Of a stretch of DNA of 64,000 nucleotides, positions 40,026 through 48,680 are shown one piece after another. The position numbers and the translations under genes are program-made. The notes below the pieces were generated by a model, which had not been told where the DNA came from, ran no database searches, and saw only the letters and a program-made list of their open reading frames with translations. This DNA comes from Candidatus Eiseniibacteriota bacterium (lineage in GTDB: Bacteria; Eisenbacteria; RBG-16-71-46; JABDJR01): assembly GCA_963762255.1 (NCBI GenBank), contig CAVXKA010000003.1, positions 352,001 through 416,000 of the forward strand. Direction: 5' to 3'. The first letter of the stretch is position 1. The number at the start of each line of letters is the position of its first letter.

Positions 40026-41609
40026 TCAGCTCCCTTCGGCGCGTGACACGCGCACCGCACGAGGACGGAACACCGGAATTCGCAGACCGGGATCGAAGTC
40101 GAGCGCCCCCAGTGCGGACCCGGCGCGCTCCCAGCACGACATGGGGATCCATACCGCTCCGCGCTGCGCACGCACGTCGTACCGCACGGGCAGGGCGATC
40201 GAACCATCCGCGCTCTCGATCCTGACTCGCGCCCCCTGAGAGACGCGCAGCTCCCGGGCGTCCTCGCGATGGAGGCTCACGTATCCCTCGGGGAAGTCGG
40301 CGGCGAGGTTCCGCTCTTCGCGCCAGGCGCTCACCGTGGCCGCAGCCAACGCGTGGCCGCCCCAGAACGAGGCCGCGTCCAGCGCGGCGATGAACGGCCG
40401 GTCCTCGGTGGGGCGCTCCGCCTCGGCTCCCGCCGCACCGAGGCTCCGCGGACCCGCAAAGCCCATCTCATCGTCCGAGGCTGCGCGATCCAGGAGGAAC
40501 GTGGCGATCGCGCCCTCCGTCCACACGTCGCGCCGGTCGGCGATCGGTGCGATCTCCTGCGCGCGCCCTTCCATGTTCACCACCGTGCCGTGCTTCTCGG
40601 CGAGCAGCCCTCCGGGGAGCACAACGTCGGCATGGCGGCCGCTCGCGGTCTTGATCGCATCGACGACGACGGTGAACTCGGCGCCGGCGAACGCGCGGGC
40701 GGCGAGATCGGGGAAGAACTCGAAGGGGTCGTCGGAGAAGACGAGGAGCGCCTTCAGGCGGCCTTCGGCGGCAGCCCCGAGCATCTCCCACGCGGACAAA
40801 CCGTCCGGCGACGGATAGAGTCCTGCCTCCACCGCGCCTCGCTGGTTCACGTAATCGGAGAGGTAGATCGTCCGCCTGCCGGCTAGCCGCGCCGCCGCGG
40901 CTCTCCCCTGGCCAGCCAGGGCGAGTTCCGAAGAGACGAGAGTCAGTTCGTTCGCTTCCGCGCCCTCCAGCGCATCCAACTCGTGACCGGGAAGCACGGC
41001 GCGGTGAAGCGCTCCCGCGCCCACCGGCGGTACCCGGCGCGCATGCACAACCCGCACGTCCGAACCGCGATCCATCGCGCGCAGCACACGCCGCCCCACT
41101 TGCGGATGGCGCTCGTGGAGGTTCGCGCCGAGCACGGTCAGCCGGGGCGCGCTCTCGATATCGCGCAGATCGACGGGAGGGAAGGACACGTAGCCGAGGC
41201 GCTGCAGGGAATCCAGGTGGGGCGTGCCGAGGGCCCGCGCCAGGCGGCGCAGCAAGAGGACTTCCTCAACGGTGATGCGGGCGGAGCCGAGGATGCCGAT
41301 GCTCGCCCCGCCGTAGGCGTCACGAATGCCCAGGAGTCGATCCGCGGCGGCGGCAAGCGCTTCCTCGACGCGTCCCGGACGCAACGGCTCGCCGCGGCGG
41401 CGCTGGTAGGCCGTTTCCACCCGGAGCGGAGAGCCTCCGAGTTCGCCGGTGCTCCATCCGCGCAGGCAGAGCGCGCCCTGGGTGACGGGGTGGTGGAGTC
41501 GGGGGTAGGCCGTGGAATCGACAAGTAGCATCGAGCAACCCGTCCCGCAGAACGGGCAAACCGTGGTCGCGGCGCGGTCTTGTGCGGATCCCAAACTCAC
41601 GTCCAGCAT
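40026..41609 (-). CDS. Truncated FdhF/molybdopterin-oxidoreductase-like protein (527 aa) keeping the N-terminal [4Fe-4S] motif but lacking the Mo/W-ligand Cys/Sec-His
   Basis: TVCPFCGTGC...LCLRG, GSAR.T.EE, GAN..E.HP, N.RGA, ADVVLP...EKHGT.VN.EGR.Q; the active-site loop reads HLDSLQRLGY. Confidence 0.8.
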   Translation of the reverse strand: MLDVSLGSAQDRAATTVCPFCGTGCSMLLVDSTAYPRLHHPVTQGALCLRGWSTGELGGSPLRVETAYQRRRGEPLRPGRVEEALAAAADRLLGIRDAYGGASIGILGSARITVEEVLLLRRLARALGTPHLDSLQRLGYVSFPPVDLRDIESAPRLTVLGANLHERHPQVGRRVLRAMDRGSDVRVVHARRVPPVGAGALHRAVLPGHELDALEGAEANELTLVSSELALAGQGRAAAARLAGRRTIYLSDYVNQRGAVEAGLYPSPDGLSAWEMLGAAAEGRLKALLVFSDDPFEFFPDLAARAFAGAEFTVVVDAIKTASGRHADVVLPGGLLAEKHGTVVNMEGRAQEIAPIADRRDVWTEGAIATFLLDRAASDDEMGFAGPRSLGAAGAEAERPTEDRPFIAALDAASFWGGHALAAATVSAWREERNLAADFPEGYVSLHREDARELRVSQGARVRIESADGSIALPVRYDVRAQRGAVWIPMSCWERAGSALGALDFDPGLRIPVFRPRAVRVSRAEGS

Positions 41610-41626
41610 CCAAGAACCCCCAAGGC

Positions 41627-41700
41627 ATGCTATCCGTCTCAATCATATTGATCAATTTCTTTCTCATAATTTCTCAATGTTTTTTTTACGTCATAGTCAG
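41627..41700 (-). promoter_or_regulatory. AT-rich promoter/operator region of the hydrogenase operon
   Basis: TTGATC(41655-41650)-17 nt-TAGCAT(41632-41627); palindrome ATTGATCAAT; TTTCTCA direct repeats 10 bp apart. Confidence 0.45.
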
Positions 41701-41835
41701 TGTGCGACGTGCCGCATCTCATGCGTGCCGCGAATCTCGCCCGAAGGGGCGTCGTACTGCATAATCACGACGACGGGGATGAACTTTGCTGCTCATCCCC
41801 GCCGATCCGACCGATCTCTTGAATTTGACTAGTCG

Positions 41836-43578
41836 CTAATCGTCCTCGAGCGTGGAGAGGTCCCCGGTCTCCTCGCCCCATTCCAGCGCGCGCAGGTAGC
41901 GGCGCAGGATCTTGCCGGAGCGGGTCTTCGGGAGCTTCGCCTGGAACTCGATTTCCTGGGGCATGGCCAGCGGCGAGAGCTTCTTGCGGATGAAGTTCAT
42001 GATGGCCAGCTCGAGGTCCTCGGAGGGCTCGTACCCGGGGTTGAGGGTCACGAACGCCTTCACCACCTCCATGTTGACCTCGTCGGGCTTGCCGACCACG
42101 GCTGCTTCCGCCACCGCCTCGTGCTCGATCAGCGCCGACTCGATCTCGAACGGGCCGACCAGATGGCCGCCGGTATTGATGACGTCGTCGTCGCGCCCCA
42201 CGAACCAGTAGTAGCCGTCGCGGTCGATGCTGGCGCGATCGCCAGAGACGTACCAGAGGTCGGGATTGGCGCGAAGCTCGTCGGGCGTGGCCTTGGCAGG
42301 CGCGCCCACGAACTTGCTCCGGTAGGTGTCCACCATCTTCCAGTAGGTGCGGAACATGGACGGCCACCCCGGCCGGAACGCGATGAGGCCGACCTTGCCG
42401 GGATCGACGATCGGCTCGCGGCTCTTGAGATCCAGCACGGAGGCGGTGATACCGGGAAACGGTTTCCCCATCGAGCCCGGCTTGATCTTCATGCCGGGGA
42501 AGTTCGCGATCATGATGGAGCCGGTCTCGGTCTGCCAGAACGTGTCGTGGAACGGTATGCCGAACACCTTCTCGCTCCAGATCACCGCTTCCGCGTTGAG
42601 CGGTTCGCCCACCGAGGCCAGGTGGCGCAACGACGAGAGGTCGTGCTGCTTCACCACCGCGTCCCCTTCACGCATGAGCGAACGGATGGCGGTGGGCGCC
42701 GAGTACCACACGGTCACCTTGTTGTCTTGAATGAAACGGTACCAGCGGGCGGCCGTGAACCCGGAGTCGAGCACGCACTGGGTGATCCCCAGCACCCACG
42801 GGCCGATGATGCCGTAGCTCGTGCCGGTCACCCAACCCGGGTCGGCGGTGCACCAGTAGATGTCGTCGGGCTTCAAGTCCAGCACCCAGGAAGTCGTGAG
42901 CGCCTGCGACCAGATCGAGCCGTGCACGTGGACCGCGCCCTTGGGCTGGCCGGTGGTGCCGGAGGTGTAGTGGAGCACCGACGGCGTCTCGGGCCCGGTG
43001 CGCGCGGCATCGAAGCTCTCCACCGGCGACGACTCCATGTCGAAGTAGATCTCGTCGTCGCCCACCTTCGCCGGCTCGCCGTCCACCACGATCACGTGTT
43101 TGAGCGCGGGGAGCTTCTCGCGAAGCCGCCGCACCTTCTTCACGTGCTTCTGCGTGGTGAGAATCGCCGAGGTCTCGGCGTCCTTCAGCCGCACCTCCAG
43201 CGACTCCTCGCCGAACGCGGAGAACAGCGGCTGAACGACCGCGCCGAACTTGAGCACCCCGAGGAACGAGATGTAGAGGCTCGGGATGCGGTCCATGAAG
43301 ATGCAGACGCGCTCGCCGGGCTTGAGGCCCAGATCCGCGAGCAGCTTCGCGAACCCGTTCGAGTAGCGACGCAGGTCGTCGAAGGTGTAGACCTTGCGAA
43401 CGTCGCCGAACCCCTCCCAGACAAGCGCGGTCTTCTCGGCCAGCCCCCGCGCACATTGCCGGTCGGTGCACATGGCGCCGATGTTGAGGAGTTCGCCCTC
43501 CTTCCAATCCAGCACCTCGCGGGCGATCTCCCAGTTGAATCCCTTCAGCCGCTCTTCGTAGGATCTGATGTTGCTCAT
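41836..43578 (-). CDS. acsA: Acetate--CoA ligase-like adenylate-forming enzyme
   Basis: HYTSGTTGQPKG, WCTADPGWVTG, SVGEPLN, DTFWQTETG, GRDDD, LPKTRSGKILRR. Confidence 0.88.
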   Translation of the reverse strand: MSNIRSYEERLKGFNWEIAREVLDWKEGELLNIGAMCTDRQCARGLAEKTALVWEGFGDVRKVYTFDDLRRYSNGFAKLLADLGLKPGERVCIFMDRIPSLYISFLGVLKFGAVVQPLFSAFGEESLEVRLKDAETSAILTTQKHVKKVRRLREKLPALKHVIVVDGEPAKVGDDEIYFDMESSPVESFDAARTGPETPSVLHYTSGTTGQPKGAVHVHGSIWSQALTTSWVLDLKPDDIYWCTADPGWVTGTSYGIIGPWVLGITQCVLDSGFTAARWYRFIQDNKVTVWYSAPTAIRSLMREGDAVVKQHDLSSLRHLASVGEPLNAEAVIWSEKVFGIPFHDTFWQTETGSIMIANFPGMKIKPGSMGKPFPGITASVLDLKSREPIVDPGKVGLIAFRPGWPSMFRTYWKMVDTYRSKFVGAPAKATPDELRANPDLWYVSGDRASIDRDGYYWFVGRDDDVINTGGHLVGPFEIESALIEHEAVAEAAVVGKPDEVNMEVVKAFVTLNPGYEPSEDLELAIMNFIRKKLSPLAMPQEIEFQAKLPKTRSGKILRRYLRALEWGEETGDLSTLEDD

Positions 43579-43611
43579 GTCGATTTTCTCCCAGCGCGCC
43601 GAGCCTTCACC

Positions 43612-45903
43612 TCACCACCGCGACGGAGGCACGTCGGCGCGCTTCACGCCAGCTCCCCGTCCAATCACGTCCAGAATAGGAACGCCCTGCGCCGCGGGAA
43701 GGCCGGTCCGTTCCGGCCTTCCGTCGCGCAGCACCAGCCACTGCCCGAACACGGGCGCGGCCACCGCGGTCTCCGCCGCCGGGTACCATCCGGTCCAACT
43801 GTGCGAAGGGTCGAACACACCGATCAAGTCGTTGAGCACGGCGGTGGCCACCGGAAGGTCCCCCGCGCCCGTGCCCAGATACACCATCTCCCCGCCGTCC
43901 GGGGTATGGATCACCACCACGTTGTTATCGCCGCGCACGAGTCCCAAGTGGGCGTCGCGCGGCACCGCGACCGGACGGACGGTCGCGGTCATCGATCCCG
44001 GCGCTCGCGACGCCAGCGCCACGAGCTTCACGCGCAAGTCCAGAACGAGAGCGGCGCGCACGAGCCGCGGATCGAGGCCATCGATCCCCACGGTCTCGAT
44101 GTGCTGCCCGCCGTAGCGGCGCCCGGTGGCCCGCGCGAGGAGGATCGTGAGCTTCTGCGCGCTGTCCCACCCGGAGAGATCGAGTTCCGGGTCGGGTTCG
44201 GTCAGGTCGCGCGCGACGGCCTCGGCGAGCGCGTCCGCCAGGGTCGCCCCCTCCTCCATGTGCTCCAGCATCACGTTGCACGCGCTCGAGAGCATCGCGT
44301 GCAGATCCGAGACACCGCTCTGCGCCCGCGGCCGATCCAGCGCGTGGATGAGCGGCCAGCCGGCAGCGATGGAATCATGGTACGCGAGACGGGCCCCGTG
44401 GTCATAGGCCACGCGGTCGAGCGTTTCGCCGTAGTCGCGGAGCATGACCTTGTTCGGCGTGACGACATGCCTGCCGAGGCTCAGTGCCTTCTCCACCAGG
44501 GACCGTGCTCCGGAGCCCCGCGTGAGATCCACCAGGACGTCCAAGTCGGAGCGCGTCACGAGCGCGTCCGGATCGCCAGTCACCATCGTCCGCGCGAAGG
44601 CGGGATCGAGAGACTTCTCACGGTCGATCTCGGCTACGGCCACGATGTCGAGCTTGAGGCCGTTGCGCGCCGCGACCTGCGCTCTCCGCTCGTCCACCAA
44701 CTTGACGAACGACGCCGCCACGCGGCCCGCGCCCAGGATGCCGATCCGCACCGGGCGCGTCTCCCGGTCGAGCGGCGTCGGCACGGAGGGCGCTGCCTCC
44801 ATGGCCATGTCGCGCAGAATGACGTCGATCTGATCGGTGTCGATGAGGAACGCGTCGTGGCCGTTGGGCGAGCGCACCTCGGCATAGCCGACGTCGCGAC
44901 CCAGGTGGTTCAGAATGTCGGCACCCTGATGCACCTCGGCGGGCGGATAGAGATAGTCCGAGCTGATCCCGATCACGCGCACCGAACAGGTGGCGCGATT
45001 CAGAGCGCTCACCAGATCCCCGCGGCCCCGGCTCACGTCGTGCAGATCCATGGCGCGGCTTAAGAGGATGTAGGTGAAGGGATCGAAGCGCGTCGTGATG
45101 CGCTTGCCGTGCATGCGCAGCCACGACTCGACGTTGAACATGCCGCGGTCGCGGAGCAGCGGGCCGGGTTCCTGGAACCACTCGCGCCCGAACTTCTCCT
45201 CCAACCCCACCGGCGAGCGATAGCTCAGCATGCCCACGCCGCGCGCGACCATCTGCCCCACCGCGGCCACCACTTCGTTCCCGGTGATGTCGAGTTCGAT
45301 GCCGCGCCGCTGGAGCCAGTTCAATCCGATCTGGTGGGGCGTGGTGCGCAACGGCGCCGCCACGACCACCGCCCGGCCGACCATCTCCGGGGCCTCGATC
45401 GCCCACTCCCAGACGATCATGCCGCCCAGGCTCGGTCCGATCACCATCGCGAGGCGGCGGATGCCGAGCGCTTCCACGAAGAGCCGCTGCGCCCGCATCA
45501 AGTCGCGCGGCGTGAGGAGCGGGAAGCGATCCAGGTACGGCTCTCCATCGGGAGCGGGGAACCGAGGCCCCGTCGTGCCGTAGCAGCCGCCCAGCAAGTT
45601 GGGGCAGACGACGTAGTGCGTGTCGGTATCGATGGCGCGGCCGGGGCCGACGAGCTTCTCCCACCATCCCCGCGGCTGCCCGGCGAACTCGCCGGTGACA
45701 TGGCAGTCGGCGGTAAGGGGATGCACGATCAGCACGGCGTTGTCGCGCGCCGCGTTCAGCGTGCCCCATGCCTCGTAGCTCACCTGGATTTCCGGCAGCA
45801 TGCCGCCGTAGGCCGCGGTGAAAGGCTGGGGGAGCTGTACATGGAGGACCTCGCCCAGTTCGACCGTGGGCGAGGCCCACCACAGATCACGGTGATCGTT
45901 CAT
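43612..45903 (-). CDS. Homoserine O-acetyltransferase (MetX) fused to homoserine dehydrogenase
   Basis: MetX: YEAWG.LN, GPSLGG, GHDAFL; Hom: IGILGAG, VVTPNK, EPDP.LDLSGWDSAQKL, GTGAG. Confidence 0.88.
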   Translation of the reverse strand: MNDHRDLWWASPTVELGEVLHVQLPQPFTAAYGGMLPEIQVSYEAWGTLNAARDNAVLIVHPLTADCHVTGEFAGQPRGWWEKLVGPGRAIDTDTHYVVCPNLLGGCYGTTGPRFPAPDGEPYLDRFPLLTPRDLMRAQRLFVEALGIRRLAMVIGPSLGGMIVWEWAIEAPEMVGRAVVVAAPLRTTPHQIGLNWLQRRGIELDITGNEVVAAVGQMVARGVGMLSYRSPVGLEEKFGREWFQEPGPLLRDRGMFNVESWLRMHGKRITTRFDPFTYILLSRAMDLHDVSRGRGDLVSALNRATCSVRVIGISSDYLYPPAEVHQGADILNHLGRDVGYAEVRSPNGHDAFLIDTDQIDVILRDMAMEAAPSVPTPLDRETRPVRIGILGAGRVAASFVKLVDERRAQVAARNGLKLDIVAVAEIDREKSLDPAFARTMVTGDPDALVTRSDLDVLVDLTRGSGARSLVEKALSLGRHVVTPNKVMLRDYGETLDRVAYDHGARLAYHDSIAAGWPLIHALDRPRAQSGVSDLHAMLSSACNVMLEHMEEGATLADALAEAVARDLTEPDPELDLSGWDSAQKLTILLARATGRRYGGQHIETVGIDGLDPRLVRAALVLDLRVKLVALASRAPGSMTATVRPVAVPRDAHLGLVRGDNNVVVIHTPDGGEMVYLGTGAGDLPVATAVLNDLIGVFDPSHSWTGWYPAAETAVAAPVFGQWLVLRDGRPERTGLPAAQGVPILDVIGRGAGVKRADVPPSRW

Positions 45904-45921
45904 GCGGTACCGCGGGACGCG

Positions 45922-47169
45922 CTACGTCCCGAACTTCTCGATGATCCCCTTCTTGTCCAGACCCAGGATGCCGTGCTTGGCCCCCACCTTCTTGAACGCC
46001 TCGAGGGCGGTCTTGAGGATGGGGATGTCATGGCCGGCGGAGAGCTGGGTGCGGATACGCGCCTGTCCCTGGGGGACGACCGGGAAGAAGAAGCCGACGG
46101 CGTAGACCCCTTCCGCGTAGAGATCGCGGGAGACGTCCTGGCTCAACTTCGCGTTGAAGAGCATGACCGGCACGATGGGGGTCTCCCCTTCGCGGATCAC
46201 GAAGCCGGCCTCGGTGAGGCCCTTGCGCCAGAACTGCGTGTTCTCTTCCAGGCGGTCGCGCCGTTCCGTGCTCGCCGAAAGGATCTCCAACACCTTCAGG
46301 GTGCCGGCGACGATGGGCGGCGCGATGCTGTTGCTGAAGAGGTAGGGACGGCCGCGCTGGCGGCAAAGCTCGACGATCTCCTTACGGCCGGAGACGCAGC
46401 CGCCGGATGCCCCGCCGAGGCCCTTGCCGAAGGTCGTCGTGATGACGTCCACCTTGCCCATGACCCCGAAGTGCTCGGCGGTGCCGCGGCCGGTCTTGCC
46501 GATGAAGCCGCTGGAGTGCGCTTCGTCGACGAGAACCATGGCGTTGTATTTCTCGCCCAGCGCGACAATTTCATCCATGGGCGAGAGATCGCCGTCCATG
46601 CTGAAGACGCCGTCCGTGACGATGAGCCGCGCCCGCTTGTCCTGATGCTCTTCGAGCTTCTGCTCCAGGTGGGCCATGTCGAGGTGCTTGTACGTGTCGG
46701 TCATCGCCTTGCAGAGGCGGATGCCGTCGACCAAGCTCGCGTGTACGAGGCGGTCGGAAATGATCACGTCCTCAGGGCTCAGGATGGCTTCGAAGACGCC
46801 GCCGTTGGCGTCGAAGCAGCTCGGGAAGAGGATGGTGTCTTCCGTGCCGAGGAACTTGGTGACCGCGTGCTCGAGTTCGCGGTGGATGTCCTGGGTGCCG
46901 CAGATGAAGCGGACGCTGGAGAGGCCGTAGCCGCGGGCGTCGAGGGCGGCGTGGGCGGCCTTGATGACCTCGGGGTGGCTCGAGAGCCCGAGGTAGTTGT
47001 TGGCGCAGAGGTTGATGACCGGCTTGACGCTGGCGCCGGCCGGGTACTCAACCTCGATGTGCGCCGCCTGCGGCGAGTGGATGTAGCGCTCTTCTTTGAG
47101 AAGGCCCTTCTCCTTCATGCCGGCTAGATCGGCCCGGTAGGCCTCCTTGATGTTGGTCGGGTAGGCCAT
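45922..47169 (-). CDS. kbl: Glycine C-acetyltransferase (2-amino-3-ketobutyrate CoA ligase)
   Basis: CANNYLGL, SVRFICGTQ, VFSMDG, DEAH, TFGK, RPYLFSNS, ARIRTQ. Confidence 0.93.
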   Translation of the reverse strand: MAYPTNIKEAYRADLAGMKEKGLLKEERYIHSPQAAHIEVEYPAGASVKPVINLCANNYLGLSSHPEVIKAAHAALDARGYGLSSVRFICGTQDIHRELEHAVTKFLGTEDTILFPSCFDANGGVFEAILSPEDVIISDRLVHASLVDGIRLCKAMTDTYKHLDMAHLEQKLEEHQDKRARLIVTDGVFSMDGDLSPMDEIVALGEKYNAMVLVDEAHSSGFIGKTGRGTAEHFGVMGKVDVITTTFGKGLGGASGGCVSGRKEIVELCRQRGRPYLFSNSIAPPIVAGTLKVLEILSASTERRDRLEENTQFWRKGLTEAGFVIREGETPIVPVMLFNAKLSQDVSRDLYAEGVYAVGFFFPVVPQGQARIRTQLSAGHDIPILKTALEAFKKVGAKHGILGLDKKGIIEKFGT

Positions 47170-47170
47170 C

Positions 47171-47416
47171 TCACTTCCCCCCCTGGATCCTCTTCACGAG
47201 GGTCACGATCTTGGTCACGGTGTCGAAGGCCTCCGGGGAGGCATCCGCGTCGGGGATGGAGATGGAGTACTTCTTCTCGAGAAAGCGCTTCAGGCTCACC
47301 ATGCTGAAGCTGTCCACAATCCCGCTCGAGATGAGCGGGGTGTCCACGTCGAGCTCGATGTCGTCATCCTCATCCAGATACTCGTTGCGCACGTACGCAA
47401 GAACCACCTCTTCCAT
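47171..47416 (-). CDS. Acyl carrier protein (81 aa)
   Basis: Acidic; GIVDSFS phosphopantetheine-Ser motif; RBS AGGAG; 1 nt upstream of kbl. Confidence 0.88.
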   Translation of the reverse strand: MEEVVLAYVRNEYLDEDDDIELDVDTPLISSGIVDSFSMVSLKRFLEKKYSISIPDADASPEAFDTVTKIVTLVKRIQGGK

Positions 47417-47531
47417 CGACTCGCTCCTTGTGATGATGTGCGGAAAGGCAAGGGGGCGGGAAAGCCGAGGGAGTATAGCGCATCCCTGCCGAGGCCTGTG
47501 CTTGGGCAGACGGGGGTCACCCGCGGATGGG

Positions 47532-47858
47532 CTATCCCGATTCCAGGGGCCAGGTCCGGTCATTGGTCGCGTCCGGTGATGGCGATTCGGACGATGTCGG
47601 GGAGTCAAGATACGCCTTGTAGGCGGTCAGGACATGCGCCTGGACACACGACCAGAACTCAGGCGTCACCGGATGAGCCGGATCGATAAAGCGGCCATCG
47701 GGAGGGGGAGGGCGCAATCGCGGGACGAAGAGCACACCGTCCGGTTTCTCGACGATCTTCACATTCCTAACCACGAAGACACCGTCGAACACCAGGGTCG
47801 CCAGGGCCCGCACCGGACCCATCGTGACAGGCGTGAACTTGGTTTCGGTAATCTCCAC
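47532..47858 (-). CDS. SpoVG-like nucleic-acid-binding protein
   Basis: MEITE...ALATLVFDGVFVVRNVKIVE...LFV...DPAHPVT.E...VL.AY; GTG start, RBS GGGAG. Confidence 0.75.
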   Translation of the reverse strand: MEITETKFTPVTMGPVRALATLVFDGVFVVRNVKIVEKPDGVLFVPRLRPPPPDGRFIDPAHPVTPEFWSCVQAHVLTAYKAYLDSPTSSESPSPDATNDRTWPLESG

Positions 47859-48002
47859 GGGCTTCTCCCTATTGGATCTTCGCTTCGAACAACTCAGGTG
47901 GACAGAACCCTGAGGATCTCCATGACTCGAGCGAGGTCATGGTCATCATGATTTGCAGCAACGCCGGCACGAGGTCCACCGGAATATGGGGACACGATGA
48001 GA

Positions 48003-48293
48003 CTATCGGGTTTCATGGGTCTGGGTTCCATCTTCGGTCGTTACCCGCAACTGCGAATCAGACGAAGCTCGGGAGTCCACGAACGCATTGTACGCGGCCA
48101 GTACACGGGCCGTCATGATCTCCCCGAATCCAGGCGCCATGGGATACTCGGGCAAGCGCACCTCGAACTCACCGTCTGCATGCTCCAGAATCTTAACGCC
48201 CCGCCACACAAGAACGTCATCGAAAACCACGGTGGCCAAAGCTTTGAGCGGGCCATTCGCTGCGGGAATGATCTTGACGACTGTTGTCTCCAC
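48003..48293 (-). CDS. Second, more diverged SpoVG-like protein
   Basis: GPLKALATVVFDDVLV.RGVKILE...VLAAY; RBS GGAGG. Confidence 0.65.
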   Translation of the reverse strand: METTVVKIIPAANGPLKALATVVFDDVLVWRGVKILEHADGEFEVRLPEYPMAPGFGEIMTARVLAAYNAFVDSRASSDSQLRVTTEDGTQTHETR

Positions 48294-48352
48294 ACTTCCC
48301 TCCGATGAACATCACCAGGGATCCAGGAGCCGCGGCTTTGTGCCGCCAGGAT

Positions 48353-48595
48353 CTACGTGATGCGCGCCAGGTGATGGTCGTCGTGTTCGGCGACGAAGAA
48401 GGCCAGGTCCACCGCGGACATCGGTTGTTGAAGGCGCGGATGGAGCGTATTGGTCGCGAGCTGGCCCGGCGTGAAGCGCTCCGGCTTGGTGACGATACCC
48501 ATGCGCGCGGCGCGCAAGTCGGCGAGGATGGCCGGGAAGGCTTCGGCCGGGATGCCCAATTCGAACTGCCGACCGAACCGGTGGCGACGCAACAT
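48353..48595 (-). pseudogene. C-terminal fragment of a DinB/YfiT-family protein
   Basis: HPRLQQPMSAVDLAFFVAEHDDHHLARI; N-terminal half absent. Confidence 0.6.
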
Positions 48596-48680
48596 CGTTT
48601 CCCAACCTCCTCGCTAGCCGTTGCCGGAGGGTGCCCCTTACGGCACACGATTAGATGGAGACATCGACACGATCGACGCG

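Noticed and set aside
40026-41609. Selenocysteine-containing formate dehydrogenase
   Set aside because: No in-frame TGA and no Cys at the ligand position
45922-47416. Sphingolipid locus (serine palmitoyltransferase plus ACP)
   Set aside because: Motifs match Kbl and the linked ligase is acetate-type; not fully excluded without phylogeny
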